This document shows positions 8,993 to 18,615 of a stretch of 64,000 nucleotides of DNA, one piece after another. The translations under genes were made by a program, and so were the position numbers. This stretch comes from Lentisphaeria bacterium. Its GTDB lineage: Bacteria; Verrucomicrobiota; Lentisphaeria; JABSQK01; JAWLHB01. Where the stretch lies: the NCBI GenBank assembly GCA_041690595.1, contig JAWLHB010000019.1:12335-76334 (forward strand), given 5' to 3'. The notes under the pieces were generated by a model. That model worked only from the letters and a program-made list of their open reading frames with translations, was not told where the DNA came from and ran no database searches. The stretch's first letter is position 1; the number at the start of each line of letters is the position of its first letter.

Positions 8993-9988
8993 ATGCCCGA
9001 CCTGATTACCATCGATGATCTGCGTGTCTCCTTCGTACTGGACGAAGGGGTGGTGCGGGCGGTGGATGGCGTCTCCTTTGCCATCCGCCAGGGAGAGGTG
9101 CTGGGGCTGGTGGGGGAATCCGGCTGCGGGAAATCGGTGACGGCGATGAGCATGCTGCGCCTCATCCCCCAGCCGCCGGGGCGCATCGACGGCGGCAAGG
9201 TCATGTTTGGGGGCCGAAACCTCCTCGAGCTGCCGCTGGACGAGCTGCGCAAGATCCGGGGCAACGACATCAGCGTCATCTTCCAGGAGCCGATGACGGC
9301 CCTTTCGCCGCTGCACCGGATCGGCCGGCAACTGGTGGAGACGTTGCGCATTCATCAGCCGGATCTGAGCAAGAAGGAAGCGTGGCAACAGAGCGCCGAC
9401 TGGCTGCGGAAGGTGGGCATTTCGGATGTGACGGATCGCCTCTACGCCTATCCGTTTCAGTTCTCCGGGGGCATGCGGCAGCGCGTGATGATCGCCATGT
9501 CGATGATGCTGCGCCCGAAACTCATCATCGCCGATGAGCCGACGACGGCACTGGACGTGACGATTCAGGCCCAGATCTTCGAGCTGATGCTGGAGATGAA
9601 GGCCGACGACATGAGCCTGCTGCTGATTACCCACGACATGGGGGTGATCTGGGAGATGTGCGACCGGGTGATCGTCATGTACGCCAGTCAGATCGTGGAG
9701 CAGGGCAGGGTGAAGGAGATCTTCGAGTCGCCGCGCCATCCGTATGCGGAGGGGCTGCTGGCGGCGGTGCCGCGCCTGACGGGCAGCGCCGGCAAGCGTC
9801 TGTCGACGATTCCGGGGCAGGTGCCGTCGGCCATGAACTATCCACCGAACGCGTGCCGCTTCTGTGACCGCTGCCCCTACGTCTTCGATCGCTGCCGGAA
9901 GGAGGCGCCTCCGCTGTATCATCTGCCGGATGGCCGTCGCGCCCGCTGCTTCCTCCGCGAGAAGGATGCCATCACCCCACCGGAATGA
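8993..9988 (+). CDS. ABC transporter ATP-binding protein (OppD/DppD-like, single ATPase with oligopeptide C-terminal domain)
   Basis: Walker A GESGCGKS, signature FSGGMRQR and Walker B LIIADEPT are present. The C-terminal CRFCDRCP segment matches the oligopeptide ATPase C-terminal domain. AAGGAG precedes the ATG. Confidence 0.85.
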   Translation: MPDLITIDDLRVSFVLDEGVVRAVDGVSFAIRQGEVLGLVGESGCGKSVTAMSMLRLIPQPPGRIDGGKVMFGGRNLLELPLDELRKIRGNDISVIFQEPMTALSPLHRIGRQLVETLRIHQPDLSKKEAWQQSADWLRKVGISDVTDRLYAYPFQFSGGMRQRVMIAMSMMLRPKLIIADEPTTALDVTIQAQIFELMLEMKADDMSLLLITHDMGVIWEMCDRVIVMYASQIVEQGRVKEIFESPRHPYAEGLLAAVPRLTGSAGKRLSTIPGQVPSAMNYPPNACRFCDRCPYVFDRCRKEAPPLYHLPDGRRARCFLREKDAITPPE

Positions 9989-10024
9989 GGGGAGGCAGCC
10001 CTGCCGACCCCGGGCAGATAAGGA

Positions 10025-12541
10025 CTACTGCGTCAACGCGGCCTTCGCCTCAAGGATAAGCGCGGCAATCTGCCGCCGCCTTGCTTCGAGCAGGTTCGGA
10101 TCCTTGGTCCAATCGAAGACTGAGGAGATGATCTCCGGCTCCAGGACCAGCGCGGTTTGCAGGCGATGACGGAGGTCAGTATGGGATGGCTGCTTCAGCT
10201 GGCCGAGCAGGTCAGCGAGGAGGGCCAAATACTCGTAGTCTTCAAGACCTTTCCGCACATTGGCCAGACGCATGCCGGGAATAATCGTGAAGTCTGGGCC
10301 GGGGTAGATCAGGGTGCCACTCCCTTTCTCCTTGCCATCGGACCATGTGGAGGCGGGCCAGCGCGCCGCTGGTTCTTTGCCGGTATTGGCATCGGGAACG
10401 GCATTGAGCATGAAGATATAGAAGCCGTCGAGCTGGTATTTCCACGCCATCCATGCGTGGATGCGCAGGGCGATGTAGGGGCGATGGTACAGGCTGAATG
10501 GCGAGTAGTGGTCCTCGGTATGGCGGGTGGTGTGGGAGACGCTCCCATCTGGATTCTCGCGGAACTCGATGCAACTGTACGCCCATAGCTTTTCGCCATG
10601 TTTCTCACGCCGTTCCAGCATGGCCGCCATGACCTCAGGGCGATCGAGCTGTTCGAGATGGGGAGCCCACCCATCGATCATGCCGAGCGCATTCTGGCCA
10701 TTGACTTCCTGGGTCGGGTACTGACCGAAATTGAGCAGTTGCAGATCCGGCACCAGCTCCCGGAAGAAGCGGTGGTGGCGTAACATCTCCAGGTAGCGTT
10801 CTCCGCCCGGTTCATCGAACAGCTCATACCAGGCATTCTCATTGATGCCAAGCTCCTTGAGGTGGGCAACATAGGCGATCAGGAAGTCCCGATAGAGGCG
10901 GTTTTCCCGGTATGGCATCTTCTCCAGCGGTACCCAACCTTCGCTCAGTGACGGGAGACAATCCGCCAATGGCATCTGCTTACCGCTTGCCCGGTCGATG
11001 ACGGTGGTCTTTGGGTTATGCAGGTATCGGGTCCAGCCGGAGTTACAGCTCAAGGCGCTCCAGAAGGCGGTGGTGCCGTTCGCCAGAGCGTTCCTTACAT
11101 ATTGATCATAGGTGTTCCAGTCGAAGCTGAAGCTGCCATCGGCTTCAGCGTAGATGGTCACCTGCCTGCAGAGGGTGATCCAGTCGCATGGGAAAGAACT
11201 GATGCGGTATCGGCCAAGGAGCGCGGCATGTTGCGCATGCAGCTCGGGGGTATAATCCATACGTCCATAGAACTTGCGCCAGTTGCTGGGCGTCCACCAG
11301 AATTCATTGGCGATGGAACTGGTCCTGGGGATGTCAAAGCCGTATGACTGGACGGTGATGGGGAGCGTGATCGACTGACCGTTGGCGGTCACCGTGACGC
11401 CGCCGTTGAAGAGGCCCGCGGGTGTGCCGCCTGGGAGCAGGAGATCGACCCATACCGCGGCCAGGTTGCCTGCCTGAACGGCAAATGGCGCTGCCGGCAG
11501 GAGGGGATCGGGTTCCTGGGCATGGCTGTAGTTGAGCGCGAGCCAGGGTTGGGGATCCTCAAGGGTTACATGGCCTACCCGAAACCACTTACAGTTGGCA
11601 GTCGGGATTGTCACGTCACCTGGCCCGCGCAGCTCCGAGAAGGTCACCTCGACTTCGGTGAGATCGGTCCAGAATGGAATGACGGCCAACTGAAAGGAGC
11701 CATACTCATTGCCCGCAAGAGCGAGGGCTATGGGCGTTTCGGGCTGCCCCTCGTACAGGGTGTCAGGATAGAGTTTGTCGCTTTCACTGGCAACTCCCAG
11801 CGTGTAGGAGCGGACAGGTTCGCCGCTGCGTGCCGGATAAAGGCGCGCCAGATGCAGGTCGCGGCGCAAAGCCTGTGGATCTGCATCGGGCTGAAGCAGG
11901 CGTTGGACGATGGCCGCGAAGTGGGGGTGGTTGTTAGTGGCCAGCAACGGCCGGGCGGCGATCCGTTCCTCTTCGGTTAGTGGTGCCGCCGCTGGGCCTG
12001 CATCCTGCTGGTCGGGAGGGGGCGCCAGTGCGAAGCTCACATCTCGCACCCACATGGTGCCTTCGGCCACGGCATCCGGCCGATGGATGCAGTATGGGCC
12101 GACGATGACGGTGGCAAAGGCGGCATTGGCGGGAGCGGTGACGATCCTGCTGAATGGCACGAACTCCGCATCATAGCCACCATCGATCGCCATGGTATAG
12201 TCGATGCCCCGCTGCTCTTTGTCCCTCCACTGGATGGCCATCTTGAAGTAGAATGAGGCGAGCTGTACCCGCTTCCAGCACTGAAGCTCATACTGCTCCC
12301 CGCTCGTCACGGGAATTGTTTGGGTCAACTGATGAGCTTGCGCACCGTCGGTAAAGCGGACCGCATCCTGATCCCGACTCAGCTCTCCCTCGCGCAGGGC
12401 ATGATCCCAGGGTCGCCAGTGGGCGGGTAACGGAGAGTCGGCCGGCCAGTCGGCGAACGTACCGTTCTTCAGCAGATTATCGCCCAGGACGTTGGCGGCA
12501 CAGCAAATGCTGAGGAGGAAGGGAAGGATGGGCCTAAACAT
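10025..12541 (-). CDS. secreted putative glycoside hydrolase (N-terminal CBM4/9-like beta-sandwich; DUF4091/GH123-like catalytic region suspected)
   Basis: Signal peptide MFRPILPFLLSICCAANVLG. NLLKNGTFADWP...W is a CBM-like start. The tracker start was moved by 67 codons to the first Met followed by a hydrophobic signal. It lies 17 bp downstream of the DUF4838 gene in the same operon. Confidence 0.45.
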   Translation of the reverse strand: MFRPILPFLLSICCAANVLGDNLLKNGTFADWPADSPLPAHWRPWDHALREGELSRDQDAVRFTDGAQAHQLTQTIPVTSGEQYELQCWKRVQLASFYFKMAIQWRDKEQRGIDYTMAIDGGYDAEFVPFSRIVTAPANAAFATVIVGPYCIHRPDAVAEGTMWVRDVSFALAPPPDQQDAGPAAAPLTEEERIAARPLLATNNHPHFAAIVQRLLQPDADPQALRRDLHLARLYPARSGEPVRSYTLGVASESDKLYPDTLYEGQPETPIALALAGNEYGSFQLAVIPFWTDLTEVEVTFSELRGPGDVTIPTANCKWFRVGHVTLEDPQPWLALNYSHAQEPDPLLPAAPFAVQAGNLAAVWVDLLLPGGTPAGLFNGGVTVTANGQSITLPITVQSYGFDIPRTSSIANEFWWTPSNWRKFYGRMDYTPELHAQHAALLGRYRISSFPCDWITLCRQVTIYAEADGSFSFDWNTYDQYVRNALANGTTAFWSALSCNSGWTRYLHNPKTTVIDRASGKQMPLADCLPSLSEGWVPLEKMPYRENRLYRDFLIAYVAHLKELGINENAWYELFDEPGGERYLEMLRHHRFFRELVPDLQLLNFGQYPTQEVNGQNALGMIDGWAPHLEQLDRPEVMAAMLERREKHGEKLWAYSCIEFRENPDGSVSHTTRHTEDHYSPFSLYHRPYIALRIHAWMAWKYQLDGFYIFMLNAVPDANTGKEPAARWPASTWSDGKEKGSGTLIYPGPDFTIIPGMRLANVRKGLEDYEYLALLADLLGQLKQPSHTDLRHRLQTALVLEPEIISSVFDWTKDPNLLEARRRQIAALILEAKAALTQ

Positions 12542-12558
12542 GGTCTGCTCCTTTATGT

Positions 12559-15261
12559 TCACTGGCCGAAAACGAGCCAACCGCGGGAGTCCGGCTCCTT
12601 GTGGGCGGCCGGCGAGGGAAACCATGTACGGCCGCTGAAGCCGCCGCTGCCGAGATTGCGTACAAGGTTGATCCGCAGGTAGCGATGGTCGGTCGGCAGA
12701 AGCCCGAGCTGCCGCAGGTCGATCTTGAGTTCCGCCTGCCATGCGTCCGCGTCCTCCGTAATGGCATGGGCGGCCATTGCCTGGGGCGCGTCACCGATAC
12801 TGCCGCCACCACTCTCCATGAAACCGCCGCCGAAAGCGGGTATTGCCTGATAGTACGCGAGCTTGTCTCGCTCCACTCCGGGTTGGTCGGCATTGAGGAA
12901 GAGTTCGATGCTGGGGTACTGGAAGGCGCGGCTGCCATCCTTTGGCAGGCAGCGCGGCTGGGCCGCCAGGTCCGCCTGTGGGCAGCGCACCGCGACATAG
13001 AGGAAACGATCATCGTGGGCGAAAGCCATCGACGTCCTGGTATGTGGATCCTCGACGGCACTCTGCCAGTTGAACCATGGGTGCTGCTCTACCCATTGCC
13101 AGATCGGTTCATCGAAGTTGCCGTCGATGGTCGGCGGGTTCTGCGTGCGCGGTGCCATAACGATGCGCGACGCCATGGCGCGGAGGCTTTGCAGGCGTCG
13201 CTGTTGTGCCTCGGTGCGGGATACTCCCGGCGGGACCACCGCCATCAACGCCTGTTGTGCGGCAGCGATCAACTGCTCTTGATCCGCGACTCCTTCCGCC
13301 AGCAGGTCGGCAATGCGTTTGCCGGCCGTCTCCAACACGATCTTGCGCACAGCCAGGCCGCAGCCGTCAAGCAGGATGGTGGGTCCATGAAACCTGGTGT
13401 GGTCCGCGGCCATCATCCGCTGGGTGAACTCGAGCACGTCAACGGGGTCGAGGTTGTCTTCACCTTCCAGAAGGGCGGCCATCAGCTCCGCCGGTCCGGC
13501 GCCATTCCACTGCCGCTCATTCAGGCCGGTGTACGCATGATAGGTCTTCGATGCGTACTCGGTGAGCTTGAAGGTGGAGGCAAAGTACTCGATACGTTGC
13601 CGCACGATGTCCTGGGTTGCCATGGCGCGGGCCTCACTGAGAAGCTGCTGGCAGTGGGCGACGTCCTCTGGTGGAAAAAGCAGCAGTTGGCAGGACTTCT
13701 GCCACAAGCCGAACTTGTTCTGCAGGTCGAGTGGTTCAGCCTTGCCTTTCCACGGAATATACTGGGTGATGCCCGACAGGCGCCCGGCATTGTTGACGCG
13801 CATCCGCTCCAGCGTCTGAAAGTAGCGGATCATGGGCGCGGCGGCTTCCTCGAAGACTGCTTCGCACCACCGGCGGGTAAGGGCATCGACGTCGGCTTCG
13901 GGATTCCACAACAGCTTCTCCAAAATCCAGACCTTCGGTCCATCCATACCCCAGCTGGCATTGATCTCGCCGAAGAAGGCGACCTGGCCACTCCGCGACT
14001 TCCCGGCGACATGCCGAAGATAATCGGCCATATCGTGCGAGTAGAGCATGGGAATGGCGAGGCTGGCACCATAGAAGTACTCGTACACGCCGATCTGATC
14101 GACGCGATCCAGCCAGGCGTCGGTAATCTCGAGGTAGGTGCGGCGGACTTCGGGGTCGAACCAGGTGGAGCGGGTGGCGCAGAGAAAGGGCATGATGTTG
14201 CGCTCCACCGCAATGTCACGTGGAGGCAAGTCGCATCTGGCATAACCGAGCGTGGTGATGATCCTGCCAGGATGGCTCTGCTGGATGGCTACGGCAACCT
14301 GATTGAGGAAGCTGTACCAGCGCTGACTCTTGCTGCTGTCGACCGTGCAGCCGGCAATCGCGATGGCGGGCCCGTCGAGCGCCTGGCATTCGGGGCATTC
14401 GCAGAAACCGCCATCGGTCATACCCAGGCTGAACGACTCTGCCTGTGGATGCTGGTCGAAGTACTGCCGGACTTTGGCGATAATGATGGTAACCACCTCG
14501 GGATTGGCGATGCAGGGCGCCTGTTCGTGCCCGGAATCGGTGATCTTGCGCTTGCCGTCGACCATGGGGAAGTATTCTGGATGTGTCTGGCCGAACTCCT
14601 TCACCGGGATCAGGGTCTGGATGGTGTGCGAGGCCTCGAAACGGCGTTGCTGCATGGGCGTGCGCCACGGGATGGTTCCCGCGCACCAGCCGCGGCCTGC
14701 CTTACCTTCGGCGTTGAAGGCCCAGAAGCCGCGGTTCTTGTAGACAGGCGATTCCAAGCGTGTTTCCACCGGAATGCGTACCGTCGCATGCTTCGGCACC
14801 ACGAGTCCCAAGCGGTGCGGAAAATAGGCGTCCACGCCAAGATACTCGCGCAGAAAATCGTACTGAGCCCACGCGGTCGTCTCCGCGGTGGCTCCGACCA
14901 GTACCACAAAGGTGGGGTACACGGCGACGATGTAGTCGTCGATGCTCATCGTTCGCAGACGCTCTCCGAACAGCTGTTCCGCACGACTGGTGCGCCCAAC
15001 GAAGATCGCGTAGGGCATGGTTGTCTCATCGTAATCCTTCTCCGCGACGCTCTCCAGTCGCCGGCCCGTGGACTGCTCGACATACGCCTGCAGCAGATTC
15101 TTTGGCCCCTCGTACGGCCAACCGGGAGTGAGCACATCGCCGACGATGACGGCCGCGATTTCCCCATCCACCAACGGAAAAGTCTCCGCGGCGTGAACGC
15201 CCGCCGCCAACACCAGCGCCAACGCCATCATCCTCATTCTTTTTCCGCCACCGGTCTTCAT
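12559..15261 (-). CDS. DUF4838-family secreted protein with C-terminal CBM9-like domain
   Basis: Signal peptide MKTGGGKRMRMMALALVLAAGVHA. The GT..AxYxFLE..LGV.xYFP, HPEYF, C.ANPEV and CxCxxC blocks are shared with the paralog at 32734..35145. The C-terminal PTIDGNFDEPIWQ...FLYVAVRCPQADL segment is CBM9-like. Confidence 0.55.
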   Translation of the reverse strand: MKTGGGKRMRMMALALVLAAGVHAAETFPLVDGEIAAVIVGDVLTPGWPYEGPKNLLQAYVEQSTGRRLESVAEKDYDETTMPYAIFVGRTSRAEQLFGERLRTMSIDDYIVAVYPTFVVLVGATAETTAWAQYDFLREYLGVDAYFPHRLGLVVPKHATVRIPVETRLESPVYKNRGFWAFNAEGKAGRGWCAGTIPWRTPMQQRRFEASHTIQTLIPVKEFGQTHPEYFPMVDGKRKITDSGHEQAPCIANPEVVTIIIAKVRQYFDQHPQAESFSLGMTDGGFCECPECQALDGPAIAIAGCTVDSSKSQRWYSFLNQVAVAIQQSHPGRIITTLGYARCDLPPRDIAVERNIMPFLCATRSTWFDPEVRRTYLEITDAWLDRVDQIGVYEYFYGASLAIPMLYSHDMADYLRHVAGKSRSGQVAFFGEINASWGMDGPKVWILEKLLWNPEADVDALTRRWCEAVFEEAAAPMIRYFQTLERMRVNNAGRLSGITQYIPWKGKAEPLDLQNKFGLWQKSCQLLLFPPEDVAHCQQLLSEARAMATQDIVRQRIEYFASTFKLTEYASKTYHAYTGLNERQWNGAGPAELMAALLEGEDNLDPVDVLEFTQRMMAADHTRFHGPTILLDGCGLAVRKIVLETAGKRIADLLAEGVADQEQLIAAAQQALMAVVPPGVSRTEAQQRRLQSLRAMASRIVMAPRTQNPPTIDGNFDEPIWQWVEQHPWFNWQSAVEDPHTRTSMAFAHDDRFLYVAVRCPQADLAAQPRCLPKDGSRAFQYPSIELFLNADQPGVERDKLAYYQAIPAFGGGFMESGGGSIGDAPQAMAAHAITEDADAWQAELKIDLRQLGLLPTDHRYLRINLVRNLGSGGFSGRTWFPSPAAHKEPDSRGWLVFGQ

Positions 15262-15288
15262 GCCATGCACCTCCGTTGGTTGTAGCCG

Positions 15289-15930
15289 TCAGTTCACTTT
15301 CAGTATCGTAGCTGGCCGCAGATTGATGAGGGTGCCGGCATGCCCGTCGGCATACCCCAGCGTATGCCGCACTCCCCCATGGTGGGGCGACGGGAAGAGG
15401 TAGGGGCTGCCGACCGCGGCTTGGTTGTCCACCCAATAACCAGGCCAAGTACTGCCCATGGTGGTGCTGGCATCGAGCACGAGCACATTCGCGTCCGCCT
15501 GCCGCAGCCCGGGAAGCTTGTGCAGCGCAGTCCCGAGTCCGCCCAATACCGTGCGATTGGCCACGTAGTTGAGCTGCCCACCATAACTATTGGCGTTAGC
15601 TGGGCACCAGAAGCTGCTCCGTTTGCCGTACTTCGGCCCCAGATACGGCAGCAGCGCTCCACTGTTGCCTGGCCAGGCGACAAACCAGACCGGCGGACCA
15701 AAGACCGGCGGCAGGAAATCGTCATTTTCGTCAGCGTAGGTCAGCATGGCGAGGCTCACCTGCTTCAGGTTGTTCAGGCAGGTGGTGCCGCGCGCCGCAT
15801 CCCGCGCCTTGCTCAGCGCCGGGAGCAGCATCGACGCCAGAATCGAAATGATCGCCACAACGACCAGCAGCTCGATGAGCGTGAACAGATAGCGGTGAGA
15901 TCTTACCGGGCCGCGGAACTGGGGCTGCAT
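15289..15930 (-). CDS. DUF1559 prepilin-type N-terminal cleavage/methylation domain protein (H-X9-DG family)
   Basis: [27 protein letters not shown] is a pseudopilin N-terminus. The C-terminal [15 protein letters not shown] is the H-X9-DG signature. AGGAGA precedes the ATG. Confidence 0.8.
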   Translation of the reverse strand: MQPQFRGPVRSHRYLFTLIELLVVVAIISILASMLLPALSKARDAARGTTCLNNLKQVSLAMLTYADENDDFLPPVFGPPVWFVAWPGNSGALLPYLGPKYGKRSSFWCPANANSYGGQLNYVANRTVLGGLGTALHKLPGLRQADANVLVLDASTTMGSTWPGYWVDNQAAVGSPYLFPSPHHGGVRHTLGYADGHAGTLINLRPATILKVN

Positions 15931-16113
15931 GGTTTTCTCCTGTGCCTTTTCGTGAATGCTTTCGCTGCCGAAGGTAATGCAATCCTTCCATTAGATCGTT
16001 ACAACACTACAGAATACAGTTGCTTTGGCGATTATCCAAACCGTCTGCAAGAAAAAAAATCCGCCTCGCTTGTCATTGGCGATGCTCGCTGGCCTGGGAA
16101 ATAAAATTCTCTC

Positions 16114-16141
16114 TTGTAGAAAGAGAAAATGTATGTATATT
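16114..16141 (+). promoter_or_regulatory. AT-rich putative promoter (TTGTAG-N16-TATATT) directly abutting the ATG of the DUF4143 ATPase, with an imperfect inverted repeat TTCTCTCTTgtagAAAGAGAAA
   Basis: The only AT-rich patch in this region (16100-16148) is 'gaaataaaattctctcttgtagaaagagaaaatgtatgtatattatcttttATG'. The -10 element ends about 8 nt before the start codon, so the mRNA may be leaderless. Confidence 0.3.
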
Positions 16142-16148
16142 ATCTTTT

Positions 16149-17480
16149 ATGGAAAGTGAATTCAAAGGAACTATACGGTCCAAGGTTATCGATGGACTGG
16201 GGATGGCCATCCCGGACTATACCCGGAGGGATGTGCATCTGCCCGGCGTGCGCGGGAAGGCCATGGCCGTGATCGGGATGCGCCGGAGCGGCAAGACCAC
16301 CTTCATGTGGCAGTGCCTGGCCGATAGATTGAGTGCCGGAACTGACCGCGAAGCTCTGCTTTTCTTCAACTTCGAAGATGAGCGGCTGGCGGGCATGACG
16401 GCGGCCGATCTTCGGTGGGTGGTCGAAGAATACTTCGCGCTCCACCCGGAGCGGCGAGACCAGGCGGTAGTGACCTTCTTCCTGGACGAAATCCAGGTGG
16501 TGCCGGGATGGGAAGCTTTCGTTCGACGACTGATGGACACGGAGAAGATCGAGCTGTTCATCTCGGGCTCTTCGGCCCGCCTGCTAAGCCGTGAAGTGGC
16601 CACCAGCATGCGTGGCCGGGCGATGGAAGTGCTGGTGCACCCATTCTCGTTCCGCGAAATGTTGCGCCACGTTCAGGCCGAACCCGACAGACCTTTGTCC
16701 CAGGTGGGGAAGGCGGGGCGCTCGGTCATCGAGAAGCACTTCCGCACTTACCTGGCCGAGGGAGGGTTCCCCGAAGCCCAGGGGCTGGCCCCCCGCGACC
16801 GCACGGCACTGCTTCGCACCTACGTTGATGTGGCCATCCTGCGGGACGTGATCGATCGACATGGGGTGACCAACACCGCCGCCCTTCGCTGGTTGCTTCG
16901 CCACCTGCTTGGCAATCCGGCCTCGACGTTCAGCGTGGAGAAGTTCCACCTTGCACTGAAATCGCAGGGGCTGGCTGTCGGGAAGAACACCCTCCATGAA
17001 TACCTTGCCCATCTCGAGGATGCATTTCTGGTGCGCACTGTCTCCCTGCACACCGCTTCCGAGCGGCAACGGATGGTCAACCCGCGCAAGGCATATCCGG
17101 TCGATCCAGGGCTTATACCGATCTACGAGCGTGCGGGTCGCGCGAATCTGGGGCGTGCCCTGGAAACGGTCGTGCTGCTCGAACTGGAGCGGCGAGGATG
17201 TGAGATTGGCTACGTACGAACGAGCGAAGGCTACGAGGTGGATTTCCATGCCCGCGATCCCGATGGCCACGTGTGGCTGATCCAGGTATCTGCCGAGATC
17301 CGTGATCCGACAACCTGGCAACGCGAAATCCGGGCCCTGGCCAGCGCGGCGGAAGCCTACCCTGATGCAACTCCTCTTCTCCTGACAGCTGACAGCCAAC
17401 CGCCGACTGAGGCGTTGGCGCCGCGCTTCGTGTGGCAATCCGCCGCCTCCTGGCTGCTGGGAGAAGCGGTAATGGCCTGA
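16149..17480 (+). CDS. ATP-binding protein, AAA superfamily (AAA_14 + DUF4143 type)
   Basis: Walker A AVIGMRRSGKTTFM and Walker B VTFFLDEIQ are present. The C-terminal region is typical of DUF4143 orphan ATPases. The start was moved to MESEFKG. Confidence 0.75.
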   Translation: MESEFKGTIRSKVIDGLGMAIPDYTRRDVHLPGVRGKAMAVIGMRRSGKTTFMWQCLADRLSAGTDREALLFFNFEDERLAGMTAADLRWVVEEYFALHPERRDQAVVTFFLDEIQVVPGWEAFVRRLMDTEKIELFISGSSARLLSREVATSMRGRAMEVLVHPFSFREMLRHVQAEPDRPLSQVGKAGRSVIEKHFRTYLAEGGFPEAQGLAPRDRTALLRTYVDVAILRDVIDRHGVTNTAALRWLLRHLLGNPASTFSVEKFHLALKSQGLAVGKNTLHEYLAHLEDAFLVRTVSLHTASERQRMVNPRKAYPVDPGLIPIYERAGRANLGRALETVVLLELERRGCEIGYVRTSEGYEVDFHARDPDGHVWLIQVSAEIRDPTTWQREIRALASAAEAYPDATPLLLTADSQPPTEALAPRFVWQSAASWLLGEAVMA

Positions 17481-17492
17481 CAATGACGCGCG

Positions 17493-18593
17493 TCAGCACA
17501 CGGTGGCGAGGCGGCGAGCGGTCCAGACGTGAACGTCGTCGACCATACGGCGTGAGGCTTCATCGGAGGAGGTGTTGATGATCATCATCAGGCCACGTGG
17601 GTCGAGGTTGTCAATGAAGAACTCGGCATCTTCGGCCTCAACGCAGCTGATGAAGAGACGTTTGCCGGCCGCCTGGATCTTGCGCATGTTGTCCAGCCCC
17701 TGCCGGAAAGGCGGGCTGTTGGGATCATGACCATACTGGATGAGGTCGATCTCATCTACGGCGAGCAGATTGTCCAGATGCAGATGGCAACCGTCGTGCC
17801 AGTGCAGGACGGTACGTTCCGTATGGGCCGCCATGACTTGCAGGGCCGGCAGGAAGACTTCGCGATACATGGTGGGCGAGAGGTTGATGGCGATATCGTC
17901 CTGAACGGTGCCCATGGGCCGGTCGCTCCAGACAGGCATCCAGTTGGCAGCACCGTCATTGGCGGCGGTGACCTGTGGGCGCACGAGGTCGAACGCGCGG
18001 TTGCACTCGTGGGCAAGGCGGATGGCGAAGTCGCGCATGCGGTCGGGCTCTTCGATGGTGGCGATAAGGAAGTTCTCGGTGCCCATGAGGGTAGAGATCC
18101 AATCCGCCGGACCGCCGAAGTCGGTCATGGCCAGTTGGCGCACGCCGGCACAGCGTTCAGAGAAATAGGCAAGGGTATCGAGATGGATCTTCCAGTAAGG
18201 GTTATCCTCCTCGAAATGTACGCGGTCGGCCTGGTCAAGGGAGTCCATGACGGGTTCGTGCCAGACAGTATCGGCGCCGAACTGGGGGCGTCCGCCGCAG
18301 AAGCCGGCGAAGACGTTGGGGCCATAGGAGGGGGTGAGGTAGCGGAAGAGGTCGGCGTACCAGTTCCAGCTTGTGCGGCGCCACCGGGAGAGCTGGTAGA
18401 ACTTCTCGGGGTTGCAGTACTTGCCGTCGGACTGCTCCAGCATCCATGGTGCGGGGGGGGGCTGGTGCGGGTTGGGATTCTGCACATGGGCGATGATCGC
18501 CTCATCGCGGAGCTGCATGTCCCAGAAGGCGCGGTAGCGCTCACGAAGTTTTGGCCAGTTGGGGATCTCGGAGTAGGAGAATGGGGATGCCAT
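17493..18593 (-). CDS. uroporphyrinogen-decarboxylase (URO-D) family-like protein
   Basis: ...INLSPTMYREVFLPAL... and VLHWHDGCHLHLDNLLAVDEIDLIQYG resemble the URO-D/MtaA-family blocks (SPexfrefvlP; ilHiCG...vdvl). It has no signal peptide. It is the last gene of the lyase operon. Confidence 0.45.
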   Translation of the reverse strand: MASPFSYSEIPNWPKLRERYRAFWDMQLRDEAIIAHVQNPNPHQPPPAPWMLEQSDGKYCNPEKFYQLSRWRRTSWNWYADLFRYLTPSYGPNVFAGFCGGRPQFGADTVWHEPVMDSLDQADRVHFEEDNPYWKIHLDTLAYFSERCAGVRQLAMTDFGGPADWISTLMGTENFLIATIEEPDRMRDFAIRLAHECNRAFDLVRPQVTAANDGAANWMPVWSDRPMGTVQDDIAINLSPTMYREVFLPALQVMAAHTERTVLHWHDGCHLHLDNLLAVDEIDLIQYGHDPNSPPFRQGLDNMRKIQAAGKRLFISCVEAEDAEFFIDNLDPRGLMMIINTSSDEASRRMVDDVHVWTARRLATVC

Positions 18594-18615
18594 GGATCTG
18601 CCTGCGGTCGTTGAG

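Noticed and set aside
9988-10025. Bidirectional terminator between the convergent ABC ATPase and GH genes
   Set aside because: There is only a 5-bp stem (CTGCC...GGCAG) and no U-tract, which is too weak to call.
12601-15285. 894-aa plus-strand ORF
   Set aside because: It is a mirror-strand artefact of the DUF4838 gene, low-complexity and R/G/A-rich, with no signal peptide or domain. The same applies to 5187..6959(-), 7328..8704(-), 8969..9922(-), 18592..21090(+), 22071..22988(+), 23043..24257(+), 25362..27044(+), 28342..30087(+), 30116..30967(+), 33253..34713(-), 41403..43448(-), 43962..47087(-), 47261..48598(-), 49495..52746(+), 52762..53811(+), 53971..54948(-), 55221..56252(-) and 60898..62787(+).
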